A stretch of 64,000 nucleotides of DNA from Eledone cirrhosa (taxonomy: Eukaryota): assembly GCA_964016885.1 (NCBI GenBank), contig OZ024743.1, positions 296,484,001 to 296,548,000 of the forward strand. The letters are read 5' to 3'. The notes under the pieces are model-generated. The model did no database searches. It was not told the DNA's origin and saw only the letters and a program-made list of their open reading frames with translations. Positions within the stretch are counted from its first letter, which is position 1, and every line of letters starts with the position of its first letter. The position numbers were made by a program, and so were the translations under genes. Below are positions 44,479-59,189 of the stretch, one piece after another.

Positions 44479-44678
44479 GTATATATATGGGTTCGGTAAA
44501 CCCATACGTATATATATATATGTGTGTGCATGTAAGTATGTATATACATACTACTGTACGTCTGTATACATATATGTATGTACGTATACATACTTATATT
44601 TATATATATATAAAATAATGACTAATATATATATATATAAGTTAAAACAATGAAATAAAAAATCAAGTCAATAGATAC

Positions 44679-44758
<80 letters not shown>

Positions 44759-45015
44759 TGATATTGAGAGTTCTAGAGAGTGATAGGAAAGAAACCTTTG
44801 ATAGCTGAAGAAAGGGAGACATTTACACGATGTATATGTTTATATTCTTATCAGCATCGATTACACACAGACTACTCAGTAATTTGTTGATTTCGTAATA
44901 CTAGCTGAATGCCTTCTTCAGATTATACTGAAATATCAACTTGTAAAATAAGCCATATGACTGGTCTCCATCTTGTTTTTTTAATGTCTCCGTTTATCTA
45001 TGTATATTTTTATGG

Positions 45016-45162
<147 letters not shown>

Positions 45163-45210
45163 CAGGGTGCGGACGGTATTTGAGGACACGTGTATTTTTA
45201 GTAATTATTT
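45163..45210 (+). mobile_element. Solo left end of the maT element
   Basis: Nearly identical to 41008-41055 and preceded by (TA)n. Confidence 0.85.
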
Positions 45211-45283
45211 TATATATATATAAATATAAGTATGTATACGTACATACATATATGTATACAGACGTACAGTAGTATGTATATAC

Positions 45284-45364
<81 letters not shown>

Positions 45365-45366
<2 letters not shown>

Positions 45367-46975
45367 TAACAGATTAAAGTTTAAGCAAAGAATCGCTGCT
45401 TTCACCCTTAACGGGATCTTCTGAAACTAACAAAGTCAATCTGTAAACGCAGAACTGGATATTTCAAAAAACGTTGCAACCGGAGGAAGACAGGAAGACG
45501 ATACTTTGGTTCGTGGTAACGTTCGCTAGCAAAGAACGGGAAAAAACGAATAATACGTCATTAATAGGAGCGGTGAAAAACAATTACGCGCAAAGACAGA
45601 ACCACGTTTATGGTATAAAAGAGGTCGTAGACTAATGTTCTCTTAGGTGGTGCATAGAGACGTTCTCTGGCAATGAACGAAAAAATGAAGATAATAAGTC
45701 ATATGTGGAGCGTGGAGAACAATAACACGCAAAGACAAAACCACGTAAATGGTATAGCAGAAGTCGTAGACTAAAATTAATCTCCGCTACAGAGTTAAGA
45801 ACAAAGTAAATAAATACAATAAAGAAGTAATAGAAACAAATAAATACATACATGCAAACAGATACGTACATACACAAGCATACGCAAAACCTTACCATAG
45901 GTATACAAAATCACGCACATATAAATATGTGTGTGTGTGTGTATGCTTGTGTACAAATAAATAAATAATTATATCAACGTATATAAGTAAATAAATACGT
46001 ATATAACAAGCGCACACGCATACCTACATATAAATACACGAATGTTCGGAGACGTAAGTCAACTAAAACAAGAAGTACACATATACACACACCCACCATA
46101 CGTACGAACCTGCATACTCACGCAGACGCAAAACTCCCGTATACACATAGCCAAACCCTAAATACCAGAATATGGAAACATTATGCGCCATAACAGTCAA
46201 ATATACGTACGAGAAAGTATACATACCTTCACAAAACATAGGGGTAATATATACTTACCTATGCAAATAAGTAATGGTATAAACAAAACATATACTTAGC
46301 TCCCACATCAAGACGTAAAATATCCACGTATAGATCGTACTATCCATTAGGGTATAACGTGGGGCTGTAATACAGGAAAGTTTTGTGCAATTTATGTTTA
46401 CAAGCCGAAATTGCCTCAGATTTTTTGTTTAAGATGTGGTCTGTGGCGTAGAGTATTTCCAGGGCCTCAGCGGCGCAGAGGTCACAAGGTCTTTTATTTC
46501 CGTTATACGATCTAGCCCTAGCTAGGATCTCCCAGTGTAACTTATATTGGGTGTGGTTATCTTTTAGACTCCAGATATAAGCTGAAAGTGACGTCATATT
46601 CCTTCTTAGAGGGTAGCGAAAAGAATGGGTATGCATGTAAAGACGCTGCTTGAAACTATTGGCGGTTAACCCTATGTAGGCCCTATGGGACGTGGGTGTT
46701 ACAACCTTACATTTGTAGACAATGTTGCTAGAGAGGCATTTCCCGGATAGGGGGCAATCAGCCCGATTCCTACAATTACAGTTAGTACTAACTACAGGGT
46801 TGCATGTGTTCCTACGGCTAGGTAATTTAGCCAAATTTGAAGCTGTGATGTTATGTGCAAGGTTAGGAGTCGTAGAGTAATAAATTTTAATAGTATTTCT
46901 ATTAAAAATTTTACTATATTTAGGTGTAGGGGGAAAATGCTTCGTAATAAGGGAAAGAAAGATCTTAGCTAATAT
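45365..46975 (-). mobile_element. Penelope-like element (Neptune-type), 5'-truncated: GIY-YIG domain plus 3' UTR/pLTR
   Basis: The protein reads CNCRNRADCPLSGKC..NIVY..YIGLT..FKQR..H..CDLC..E..LN. The downstream pLTR has an H1 hammerhead motif at 45378-45428 and ends in (TA)n. Confidence 0.88.
46340..46975 (-). pseudogene. C-terminal GIY-YIG endonuclease fragment of a Penelope-like ORF
   Basis: This is the ORF track 46340-47065. The portion above ~46975 derives from an unrelated inverted repeat. Confidence 0.85.
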
Positions 46976-46985
46976 ATATATATAT

Positions 46986-47460
46986 TTGTTTGTAAACAAA
47001 CAGCCCGAATTATTAGCCGTACAGTGTTCAGTAACCGTCGTTTCCCTTTTGTTCAACACTGACAAAGGAATGATGAACTAGTTTCTAGGTTATTAGCTGT
47101 CATCAGCACCGTATACCTTCTTGTCAGTCGATTGAACGTTTGAAAGTATATACTTTCCCTATGCATATTAACGGCTGAGCAGCCTAATTTGCATATCGAG
47201 TGAGTTAGTCGGCCGGGTGTACCGAAAACGATAAATGGACTGACTCACTCGATATGCAATTAGGCTGCTCAGCCGTTAATATGCATAAGGAAAGTATATA
47301 CTTTCAAACGTTCAATCGACTGACAGAAAGGTATTCGGTGCTGATGACAGCTAATAAGCTAGAAACTAGTTCATTGTTCCTTTGTCAGTGTTGAACAAAA
47401 GGGCAACGATGGTTGCCGAACACTGTACGGCTTAATTTGGGCTGTTTGTTTACAAACAAA
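46986..47460. repeat. Foldback with ~225-bp arms, each containing a minimal hammerhead (family H7)
   Basis: The + copy at 47337-47375 reads GGTG-CTGATGA-CAGCT-AATA-AGCTA-GAAA-CTAG-TT-CATT. The - copy is at ~47072-47110 and the spacer is 47211-47237. Confidence 0.8.
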
Positions 47461-47647
47461 CCGAGCATTATAATAAATGTTCGGTAAACCCATACGTACA
47501 TATATATATATATATATATATATGTGTGCATGTATGTATGTATATACATACTACTGTACGTCTATATACATATATGTATGTACGTATACATACTTATATT
47601 TAAGTATGAGCCGTACTAAGAGTGAGAAATGAAATTTCATTTTTTCC

Positions 47648-47759
<112 letters not shown>

Positions 47760-47919
47760 CTGTGGGCGTACAAAAGAATGTATGAGGATATATAAGGATA
47801 TATATTGATTGTGCGTGTGTAGATATACACATACACACACATATATATACTTTATAAACAATCAAAGAGTGTTTAGAACATTTAATCACTTGTTAATTGG
47901 ATATTTAATATTACCTACA

Positions 47920-47959
<40 letters not shown>

Positions 47960-48253
47960 CAATTACATATATATATGTGTGTGTGTGTACATACCGATAC
48001 ATATATGACAATGATATTCCATTGCAAAATTGGTATTATTTATATCATTTTAATAAGACATTAAACTATCTCTAAGGTGCTTAGATGGATCTGGGGTATC
48101 GTGACTAATAATGTGTGGTCGCACTACAATCAATTAGTCACTATATCGATGTATCATGATCAATCAACATTCTGAATCGATCGTAAAAAAATGAATGATT
48201 AAGAAACAATATTCAATTTTTGTTTTCGTTGTTTAACACACATATCTATCTAC

Positions 48254-48347
<94 letters not shown>

Positions 48348-48374
48348 GTACGTATGTATACGTATGTATGTATG

Positions 48375-48545
48375 TTGGTGCTACTGGTAACATGTATCCC
48401 AGTACAACCTGTCCCATGGTCGGGTCGTTGGCAACCCCACCAAGGTTTCTTGGTGAGGAGGGTGACTTTGGACATCCTGCAGGACTAAAAACAAAACCTG
48501 TCAAAGGGCAAAGGAGCTCTTAAGAGTCAATGGCAATCCAAAATC
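48375..48545 (+). repeat. 5' fragment of the ~0.9-kb RTE-derived non-autonomous element
   Basis: Matches 50712-50885. Confidence 0.75.
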
Positions 48546-49399
48546 ACCGGGAGAGATGACGCCTTAGCCTTGGAAAAGGCAGAATTCTAGGAGAAGGAAA
48601 ACTCTGATATAACACCTGCAACCCTGATGGTATTCAATGATGTTGACTTCTTCTTTTTGGTAAATATCATCTTGGTTAAGAGAGTGGGACTGGCTTTGTG
48701 CAGTGCCTTTGCTCACTATAAAAGCTTCACGGCACAGACATTGCTTTATATCTGGAGATCTCTCTGCACTTGTCGTCACATGGTACCATGGGCCCAGCAC
48801 TATGTGTCAATAATTGTCACAAGTGTAGTGTTTGTACCAGAGTTTTCAAGTCGTTGACTGGACTAAAAAGTCACACTCGTTCAGCGCATCGGTAGGGGTT
48901 CTCCTACATGGATATAAAGTAGTGGCCGTACTCGAAAACGAGTTGGCAGCCACCATGTATGTATTATGTATATATTTATATATCACTTTGTAGTTCGTTG
49001 GGAATCGGAATGTACAACGGAATCTGATATGATGAAAGCCTACTACAAAAACAATATCTTTCATCACTTGACCTCGCTGGAAATATTACGTCATGACTAC
49101 AAGGAGTTCTAACTACGTCATTGGTCCTATTATATACAGGTAGAGACTGGTAAGACAATGAGTGAAATTAATACTAACACAAACTATACTGCTGCCCCTT
49201 TACAAAAGTTAATCTTGCATCTAGATCTGTGGTTCTGAATTCCGAGGAATGCCAGGATTCCGCAAAATATTTCTGTATTTATGTGACGTAGAGGTTTTTT
49301 TAAATAATATTTAATAAAACAAAATTGCTTTTTGGGGTTTTTTTGTGAATAATTTTGGAAACGACTACTCTACAGAAAGCAATATTTAGCCATATCTAA

Positions 49400-49790
49400 A
49401 GGTGGTCGATTTGGTAAAATCGTTAGAGCGTTTGATATTTGCCTTCTGAGTTAGAGCTTTCGATGTCTACTTTCTGAGTTCATCTCCCACCGATGTCCAC
49501 ATTGCCTCTCATCCTTTCGGGGTCGATAAAGAAGTACATGCGGAGTGATATTGCAGCACTGTTTAAGGGCAGTGAATTGGCATAATTGGCAGAACGTCGG
49601 ATAAAATTCCGTGTTAGTGTTTGTTCTGGTTCTTAACATTCGGAGTTCAAATCCTGCCAAGGTCAACGTTGCCTTTCATACTTCCAGGATCGATAAAATA
49701 GGGAGCTAGCTAAATACCATGCTTGACTTCATCAGTTTTGCCCTTCACCTAAAAATTACTAACGTTGTGCCTAAATTAGAAATCAATATT
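49400..49790 (+). mobile_element. Two degenerate SINE copies
   Basis: GAGTTCAAATCCTGCC and TCATCCTTTCGGGGTCGATAAA are present. Confidence 0.7.
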
Positions 49791-50293
49791 TAATCATATC
49801 TAAAACAAAATGCAAAGGATTCTTACTTTTCCAACATCTGAAGCTGCCTCTCCAAAATACATATTATATTTTTGAACCAATAAGAGAACGTTAAAGCAGC
49901 GGCTCGACCTCGTCGAAATAGTTGCTAAATCACCCTCAAATTACACCACACAGTCTTAAAAAATAAAAGAAAGAACATAATAGACAACATAGTTCTATGT
50001 CTGAAAATTAGAAGAGATGGCCAAGACTGGAATATTTTTAATCATAGGTCTGCTTAATCAAGGAATGACCTCTGATCTTATTGATCCTTCTCCCGCCCCA
50101 GGAGATGAAATTTGTGAAGTCTATCCATTAAAAGTGTACTATTATTCTACTGAAGAAATGTCTACCTGTCTATGTGTCTGTCAATTAGCCAACTTTTAAA
50201 ATGTAACTAAATGTGGTACCAATTTGATACGTGTTAATTGGTGTGTGGGTTACTGACCAACTCTGCAACCACACACACAGATACAGATATACA

Positions 50294-50324
<31 letters not shown>

Positions 50325-50326
50325 CA

Positions 50327-50473
<147 letters not shown>

Positions 50474-50482
50474 ATATATAGA

Positions 50483-50535
<53 letters not shown>

Positions 50536-50545
50536 CTATATATAC

Positions 50546-50576
<31 letters not shown>

Positions 50577-50694
50577 CATATATATATACAAATATATATA
50601 TTATAAAGAGTAGGGACCCGACGGCTGAGCTGTTGCCGTTTCAACAGCTAGTTCCAGACTAATCACTTTATAATAGAGCCATACTCTACTACCA

Positions 50695-51595
50695 TAGGTC
50701 AGGTCACTCTTGAGTGTTACTGGTAACATGTAAACCAGTACAACCTGTCACATGGTCGTCGGCGACTAAGCTGGCAACCCCACCAAGTTTACTTGGTAGG
50801 GAGGGGGATTTGGGACACTCAGCAGGACAAAAAACAAAACTGACAAAGGGCGGAAGAACTCATAAGAGTCAACGGCTATCCAAAAATGTGTAAATAGGTA
50901 TATACACATGTACATATGTATATGTATGTATATACGTCTGTATATGCCTGGGGTGTCAGGGTGGGGCATGTACCTCTGTAGGGGGGGGGCTAGTCATGCC
51001 CTATTCAGGACAGCTCGTCATGCATTGGGTCTCACCTGACACTCAGCTCTCACCTGTGGTCCCAAGAAGCTGTAGCATGCGACAGCCGCCACACCCCGGT
51101 AAACCGCCTTGCCTGGCGGGCTGAACCAGGTTGAGAGTAGCCGGACGGCTCTGAAACCCCCCACCCCCCACCCCTGGTGAGTTAGATAGGGGATACCTGC
51201 CCCTGCATGCGAAGACTGGACCCGGCGGAGTGAGTGGAGGAGGACAACATCGTCCCAACGGTCACGAAGGCGGCGACAACAAGTGCTGTGGAGAGCTGGG
51301 GCACGGCAAGGCACTACAGACGTCGTGGCCATCAACTGTAGCCAAGGAGGTCCCTGGTCGTGACGGTGCTCCGTACCACCGGATTCTGGCTTCTGTGGCC
51401 GAGTGAATGGGACCGTTACTGTGCACTGGTCCTCCCACTATAAACCTTTCCCGCACAGGTTTCTTCTTTAGCGTGCACTCCCAAAGTGCTGCGGCGTTAG
51501 GCGAGAGGCAGAAGTAACAGGTGGAGGTAACCTCTGGGACAGACAGGAACTAAAATAAAGAAGATGTCATCATCGTTTACGATGGACAACCAAGA
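50695..51595 (+). mobile_element. ~0.9-kb GC-rich non-coding element, probably an RTE-derived non-autonomous retroelement
   Basis: An inverted homolog lies at 52812-53785 and there is no credible ORF. The 5' and 3' ends resemble RTE UTRs by recall. Confidence 0.6.
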
Positions 51596-51704
51596 CTCTA
51601 CTACCCCAAGTATAGAGTACTGTGTTGAGTAACGATCTAACCAGATTCAAACTGAATCCATCCTGGTTTATACATATGTATCCATATATATATATATATA
51701 TATA

Positions 51705-52201
<497 letters not shown>

Positions 52202-52811
52202 TACATATATATTCATATATATATATATACAAAAATTATTTTCTCTCTAACATAACGGATACGTAAATGCATTCGTGAGTGAATAATAATATTGTAATTA
52301 TATTAGTAATATTCGATTCATTTGCAAGCAAATAGCCTCAAACGCCATGTGTTTTCGACGACTCCTATCTTTTTATTCCAGCTGTAGATGAGAGAGAAAT
52401 AATCGACAATTTTTCAGGGTTATTGCCTTTTGTCAAGACTGTGTATCTCTCCCTTTTCTACTACACACAGGAACTCTTGAGAATATATAGTATTCTCTAA
52501 AGTATACATCTGCTGATTAGACTAATTTCCATACGGCTCGCTTTACCAAAAATTAAAAATACGTTATCGTACATCTCGACTGCTAGCGCACTTCCTACGG
52601 TATATATTAATTAATTGCCAGAAGACCGCTAATTATATACAAATTAGTATGTCCATTTCAAAATAATACTAAAAGCGAATGGGTACATATACTCATCAAC
52701 TACATGTTTCCTTGTGGCTGATTGAATGATATACATGACTTCTGATGAGGAACCAATAGAATCCGAAAAGCGATTAAATACACTTCTTACTATATATATA
52801 TATATATATAT

Positions 52812-53785
52812 TCTTGGTTGTCCATCGTAAACGATGATGACATCTTCTTTATTGTTGTTCCCGTCTGCCGTGGGCACGAAGGTGGCTGTGGAGGCCGGTC
52901 CTTGACTTGCAGGTCCGGGGACGGGGAGGGGGGAGGGCAGGGGAAGAGACCGGAGTCAGACTGGCAACTCCCAGAGGTTACCTTCACCTCTCGCCCATCG
53001 CCGCAGGGCTTTGGGAGTGCACGCTAAAGAAGAAATCTGTGCGGGAAAGGTTTATAGTGGGAGGGCCAGTGCACAGTGACGGTCCCACTCACTCGGCCGC
53101 AGAAGCCAGAATCCGGTGGTACGGAGGACCGTCACGACCAGGGACTTCCTTGGCTGCAGTGGATGGCCACGACGTCTGTAGTGCCTTGCCGTGCCTTAGC
53201 GCTCCACATCGCTTGTTGTCGCCGCCTTCGTAACCGTTGGGACGATGTTGTCCTCCTCCACTCACTCCGCCGGGTCCAGTCTTCGCATGCAGGGGCAGAC
53301 ATCCCCTATCTAACTCACCGGGGGTTTCAGGCCCGTCCAGCTACCCTTAACCTGGTTCGGCCCGCCAGCCAAGGCGGTTTACCGGGGTGTGGCCGCTGTC
53401 GCATGCTACAGCTTCTTGGGGCCACAGGTGAGAGCTGAGTGTCCGTTGGGACCCAATGCATGACGAGCTGTCCTGAAAAGGGCATGGCTAGCCTTCCCTA
53501 CAGAGGTACATGCCCCTCCCTGACACCCCAGGCATATACACACGCATATACATACGCATACATATGTACATGTGTATATACATATTTACACATTTTTGGA
53601 TGGCCGTTGACTCTTATGAGTTCTTCCGCCCTTTGTCAGGTTTTGTTTTTTGTCCTGCAGGATGTTCAAAATCACCCTCCTCACCAAGTAAACTTGGTGG
53701 GGTTGTCAGTTTAGTCGCCAACGACCATGCGACAGGTTGTACTGGTTTACATGATACCAGTAGCACTCAAGAGTGACCTGACAAG
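52812..53785 (-). mobile_element. Second copy of the ~0.9-kb element
   Basis: It is a reverse-complement homolog of 50695-51595 with indels. Confidence 0.7.
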
Positions 53786-53849
53786 TATATATATATATAT
53801 ATATATATAAGAGAGTGTTAAAGTTTGCTTGAAGCATTGTGAAATGTGT

Positions 53850-55434
53850 AAAATACGTAGTTAAGAAAGCCACAACAATGCAGAGGGAAATCTCGAGGTA
53901 GGAAGTGAAAGATAGATAGGAAAAACAGGTGAAAGTGAAAATTGAGAGAGACAAAGATGAAAACAAAACAAAGGTAGAAGGGTTACCGTAGTGGAGATTT
54001 AATCCCAATATTTCGGGCTCACGCCCATCAACGGGGGAAAGTTCCAAAAGGGAGGGAACTGGCCAAGCGGAGAAAGTTGTGATGTCGTTAAGACAGGAAT
54101 GCCGTTATGGGGAGAACATTATTTAAAATTTAAACGAGGGAAAGAATGCGCGTGCGCGTGATAGGCTGTGGCAAAAGCTACTGACCAAATGGGTTAAATC
54201 AAGAGGGTGCGCTAGCGTGTGAAAGCCGTAAGAAATGTGTGTGTAAATATATATGTGTGTGTAACTGTGTGTGTATAAGTGTAATTGTGTATATGTGTGA
54301 GTGTGTGTGTGTGTGAAAGATAGTGGGCTGTAGAAGCTGGAAATCAAAGGGTGTGAAAGGTGGTAAGTTGTAAAACATGTGTGCGTGTATAAATATAGAT
54401 GTGTGTGTGTAAGCGTATGGGTATACATGTGTGTGTATATGTGTGAGTGCGTTTGTGTGTGAAAGATAGTGGGCTGTAGAAGCTGGAAATCAAAGGGTGT
54501 GAAAGGTGGTAGGTTGTAAAAACATGTGTGCGTGTATAAATATAGATGTGTGTGTGTATGCGTATGGGTATGCATATACGTGCGTGTGTGTGAAGATAGC
54601 AGGCCGTAGGCTACGGCCTGCTATCTTCACACACACGCACGTATATGCATACCCATACGCATGCTATCTTCACACACACGCACGTATATGCATACCCATA
54701 CGCACGTATATGCATACCCATACACACGTATATGCATACCCATACGCATACACACACACATCTATATTTATACACGCACACATGTTTTTACAACCTACCA
54801 CCTTTCACACCCTTTGATTTCCAGCTTCTACAGCCCACTATCTTTCACACACAAACGCACTCACACATATACACACACATGTATACCCATACGCTTACAC
54901 ACACACATCTATATTTATACACGCACACATGTTTCACACCCTTTGATTTCCAGCTTCTACAGCCCACTATCTTTCACACACACACACACTCACACATATA
55001 CACACTTACACGTATACACACACAGTTACACACACATATATATTTACACACACATTTCTTACGGCTTTCACACGCTAGCGCACCCTCTTGATTTAACCCA
55101 TTTGGTCAGTAGCTTTTGCCACAGCCTATCACGCGCACGCGCATTCTTTCCCTCGTTTAAATTTTAAATAATGTTCTCCCCATAACGGCATTCCTGTCTT
55201 AACGACATCACAACTTTCTCCGCTTGGCCTGTTCCCTCCCTTTTGGATCTTTCCCCCGTTGATGGGCGTGAGCCCGAAATATTGGGATTAAATCTCCACT
55301 ACGGTAACCCTTCTACCTTTGTTTTGTTTTCATCTTTGTCTCTCTCAATTTTCACTTTCACCTGTTTTTCCTATCTATCTTTCACTTCCTACCTCGAGAT
55401 TTCCCTCTGCATTGTTGTGGCTTTCTTAACTACG

Positions 55435-55440
<6 letters not shown>
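53850..55440. repeat. Large foldback palindrome (~760-830-bp arms, centre 54610) with internal minisatellite
   Basis: The centre reads GATAGCAGGCCGTAG G CTACGGCCTGCTATC. Mirrored ORF translations occur at 53706-54047(-) and 55243-55476(+). Confidence 0.92.
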
Positions 55441-55462
<22 letters not shown>

Positions 55463-55466
<4 letters not shown>

Positions 55467-55582
55467 GAACCAGTAAGACCCCGACAGCTGAGCTCAAGCC
55501 GTTTCGACGGCTAATTCTGGACGTCCAGAATTAGCCGTCGAAACGGCTTGAGCTCAGCTGTCGGGGTCTTACTGGTTCCTAT
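55463..55582. repeat. Perfect 120-bp palindrome with no spacer
   Basis: The centre is CTGGAC|GTCCAG at 55522/55523. The arm is related to 50612-50660. Confidence 0.92.
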
Positions 55583-55658
55583 TACCCACTCTACTACCTC
55601 AAGTATTGAGTACTTTGGTGCGTTATGGTCCACCTGGTTCCTTACCACATTTCCTTCG

Positions 55659-55788
<130 letters not shown>

Positions 55789-55955
55789 AAGTTAAATAAA
55801 AAGTCAAATGTTTAAAATTTAGCTTCGTTTATTACTGCTATATATATTTCAGTGACAGCCATCTTTGGTTGTGACCTCTTCAGGCAGTTTGAATTAGTAT
55901 GGTATAGACAAGTACATGTGTTGTTGAGGTGTATACAACCAACATAAACTCAAAA

Positions 55956-55991
<36 letters not shown>

Positions 55992-56144
55992 CAAATATAT
56001 ATACATGTATATATACATGTATATAAATAAATACGTATGTACGTTGTGTATGTAGATATAAGCATATATTCATATACGTACATGTGTGTGTGTGTGTGTT
56101 TGTGTGTATAAGTGTTAATGTATGTTGTTATTTATAGTATCCAC

Positions 56145-56722
56145 CAGGGCATGGAATTGACAGTATCAGTAATGCGTTGGACACCATGCTTCCCGGCATA
56201 GAGTTACAGCACTTTACGTTCTGATTTCAAATCATGCTGAGATCAGCTTTGTCTTTCATCCTTACGGGATCAATAAAATAAAGTACCAGTCACGCACTGG
56301 GGTCGATTTAATCGACTTTCCCCTCCCCCAAAATTGCTGGCCTTGTGCCTATATAAGAAACAATTATTTATAGTCGAAAGGCAAAGCTAACCTCGGCGGT
56401 GTCTGAGTTCAAATCCCGTCATGGTTAGCTTTGCCTTTCATCCTCACCGGGTCGATAAAATAAAGTACCAGTAATGCACTGGGTAATTGCTGGCCTTGTG
56501 CCAAAAGTAGAAACAATTATTTATAGTCGGACACCATGCTTCGCGGCAGAGAGATACAGCCCTTTACGTTCTGAGTTCAAATCTCGCCGAGGTCAGTTTT
56601 GCCTTTCATCCTTACGGGGTCAATAAAACAAAGTACCAGTAATGCACTGGGGCCGACTTCATCGACTTCCCCCTCCCCTCAAAATTGTTGGCCTTGTGCC
56701 GAAATCAGAAACCATTATTTAT
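56145..56722 (+). mobile_element. Three tandem SINE copies
   Basis: Same SINE as at 11526-12260. Confidence 0.85.
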
Positions 56723-56989
56723 AGTGACCACTATAACGACTGGTTGATTGTTAATGAGGGGTAATTGAAGATTAATTAAATTAATTTGTGTATCGATGTC
56801 GGTGTTTGTGTCCATTATATTCTCTCTGAGAATAGAGAATTGACACATTAAACTTATTAATAAATAAATAGTAAATGGCACCAATTAGTTGTGGACTGAC
56901 TTAAGAAAACAGACAAAATACGTTCAGCAGTCTTCTCCCAGAGACACATACCAATCAGAGGTACATACAGAAATATATGCCTACACATA

Positions 56990-57062
56990 CATAGACAGAC
57001 AGAGAAACAGACAGACAAAGATGCATACTTGTATACATACATACATACATACACACATACAT

Positions 57063-57139
<77 letters not shown>

Positions 57140-57362
57140 GATACATACGTACAGACATGTATACACGCATACATACATACATACATACATACATGCATAC
57201 ATGCATGCATGCATGCATGCATGCATGCATACATGCAGGCATGCATGCATGCATGTATGCATGCATACATGCAGGCATGCATACATACATGTATGTACGT
57301 ATGTATCTCTCTGTCTGTCTGTTTGTCTGTATGTATGTATGTATGTATGTGTGTGTGTATAC
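56990..57362. repeat. Compound tetranucleotide microsatellite (ACAT/ACAG/ATGC)
   Basis: Read directly from the sequence. Confidence 0.9.
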
Positions 57363-57649
57363 ATGATGGCTTCCCCCTCGTTATCGAGTATGGCCATTGC
57401 ACAATATAACATTGCTATCGTGCAATGCCTGTGCGTGAAGATATTTTTTTAAGTGACTGTGTACTGAGCCTATCCCATTCTCTGAGCGACAGTAGCTATA
57501 ACCCGAAAAGAAGAAAAGATCAACATCATCGGTAACTACTGAGCCGCAGGTTTTATATCGGAGTTATCCCAGTTTCCTGAGTTGCTTTCTCCTAGAAGAA
57601 TGCCCTGACAAACGCCAGGGGTCCTTCACTCCCAGTGGTATAACCGCGC

Positions 57650-58445
57650 GGTACATGTGTATATACATATTTACACACTTTCGGATGGTCGTTGACTCTT
57701 ATGAGTTCTTCCGCCCTGTATCAGGTTTTGTTTTTTGTCCTGCAGGGTGTCCAAAATCACCCTCCTCACCAAGTAAACTCGGTGGAGTTGCCGGTTTAGT
57801 CGCCGATGACCCGACCATGCGACAGGTTGTAGTGGGTTACATGTTACCAGTAGCACTCACACTCAAGATGTATACATACATACATACTTACTTACATACA
57901 TACATACATATATACATACATGCATACATACAGTCAGGCAGACAGACAAAAATGCATACTTGCATATATACATACATGATGTCTTCAACTCGATTTCGAG
58001 TAATGCCATCGCTTGATACTTAAACATGAACATTAGAGACGTTGTTTTTTAGTCGTGCTATAAACATGCCTATGGCCAGCAATACCGCACATCCCAAAGA
58101 ATGTCACATATCAAGTGATGCCTGTGCTTGAAGCTTTTTTAAGTGAGCGAAAGCTTTACTTGGGGCTAATCCTACTCTCTAAACATCGAATACATTTACC
58201 CCAAAATAAGAACTGGTCTACATCATTAGACGCAAACGATGTCGCAGGTTTTATATCAGAGTGGCCTTCTCCTAGGGAGATGTCTTAATGACGTTCCTCT
58301 GCCCTTTAACGAGTCTTGTTTCTCATCCCGTAGGGTGTCCAAAATCACCCTCCTAACCAAGCTAGCTTAGTGGGGTTGCCGGTTTAGTCGCCGACGGCCC
58401 GACTGTGCACTGGTTGTACTAGGTTACATGTTACCAGTAGTGCTG
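57650..58445 (-). repeat. Two further 5' fragments of the ~0.9-kb element (57650-57865 and 58330-58445)
   Basis: GGGTGTCCAAAATCACCCTCCT..GGTTACATGTTACCAGTAG matches 53660-53765. Confidence 0.75.
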
Positions 58446-58619
58446 ACATATATACATACATACATACATACATACATACATACATACATACATACATACA
58501 TACATACATACATACATACATACATACATACATACATACATACATGTTGTATCCCTTCGACAAAATCGATAAACCACCAATAAAAGCCTTTCCATCGTAA
58601 TGTCAGTCTACATAAGACA

Positions 58620-59070
58620 GATAACGTCATGAGATTTGGAATGGAGCCTCTTAAAAAACATTACCTGGATGATGAACATCTAGGGATATTGCATAGCAAT
58701 ACAGCAACAAATCATCAGATGTAAAGCTGTATGCTTATTAGCTAAAGAATCATGCCTGGCTATGTTGCCAGAAAGCTTTAAAATGGGAGTAATATTGATA
58801 AGCAAAATAGTCTATCTTGTACCAATAACAAGTATCTTAGCTCTTACGTTGACTGGTATGCTTTTGTAACCCAGGAACAGAAATAACAACGAAATACCTG
58901 ATGCACAAAATAATTAAGATGCAAGCAAAACACCTATATGTGAAAACAGAAGCAGACTCTGGGAAATTAACATTAAAGATGTTACCCACATCATAAACGG
59001 TTGTTCAAAGATGTCACCACGACACTATCAACCTATGAGGCATGATGTAGTTGCCAAATCACTATACGTG
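58620..59070 (+). mobile_element. Highly degenerate R4-like fragment
   Basis: Manual translation gives ..DVTHIINGCSKM..YQPMRHDVVAKSL, the knuckle/RHD region. Confidence 0.55.
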
Positions 59071-59189
59071 TGAACGTATAAAAGGTTACAGCGATATGGA
59101 GGGCATATGTATACATAATATAAAAGTTACTATCTTCATATGACACAAGTCTGTATTGCCAAAGCTATTTACAATCATATCTACTAGAG

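Noticed and set aside
49225-49375. Possible Charlie-type MITE (CTAGA-TCTGTGGTTCT..GGAAACGACTA-CTCTA)
   Set aside because: The termini are too degenerate to support a call.
52742-52790. CTGATGA-GGA..TCC-GAAA hammerhead core
   Set aside because: It is cut off by (TA)n before stem I can be completed, so the fold cannot be supported.
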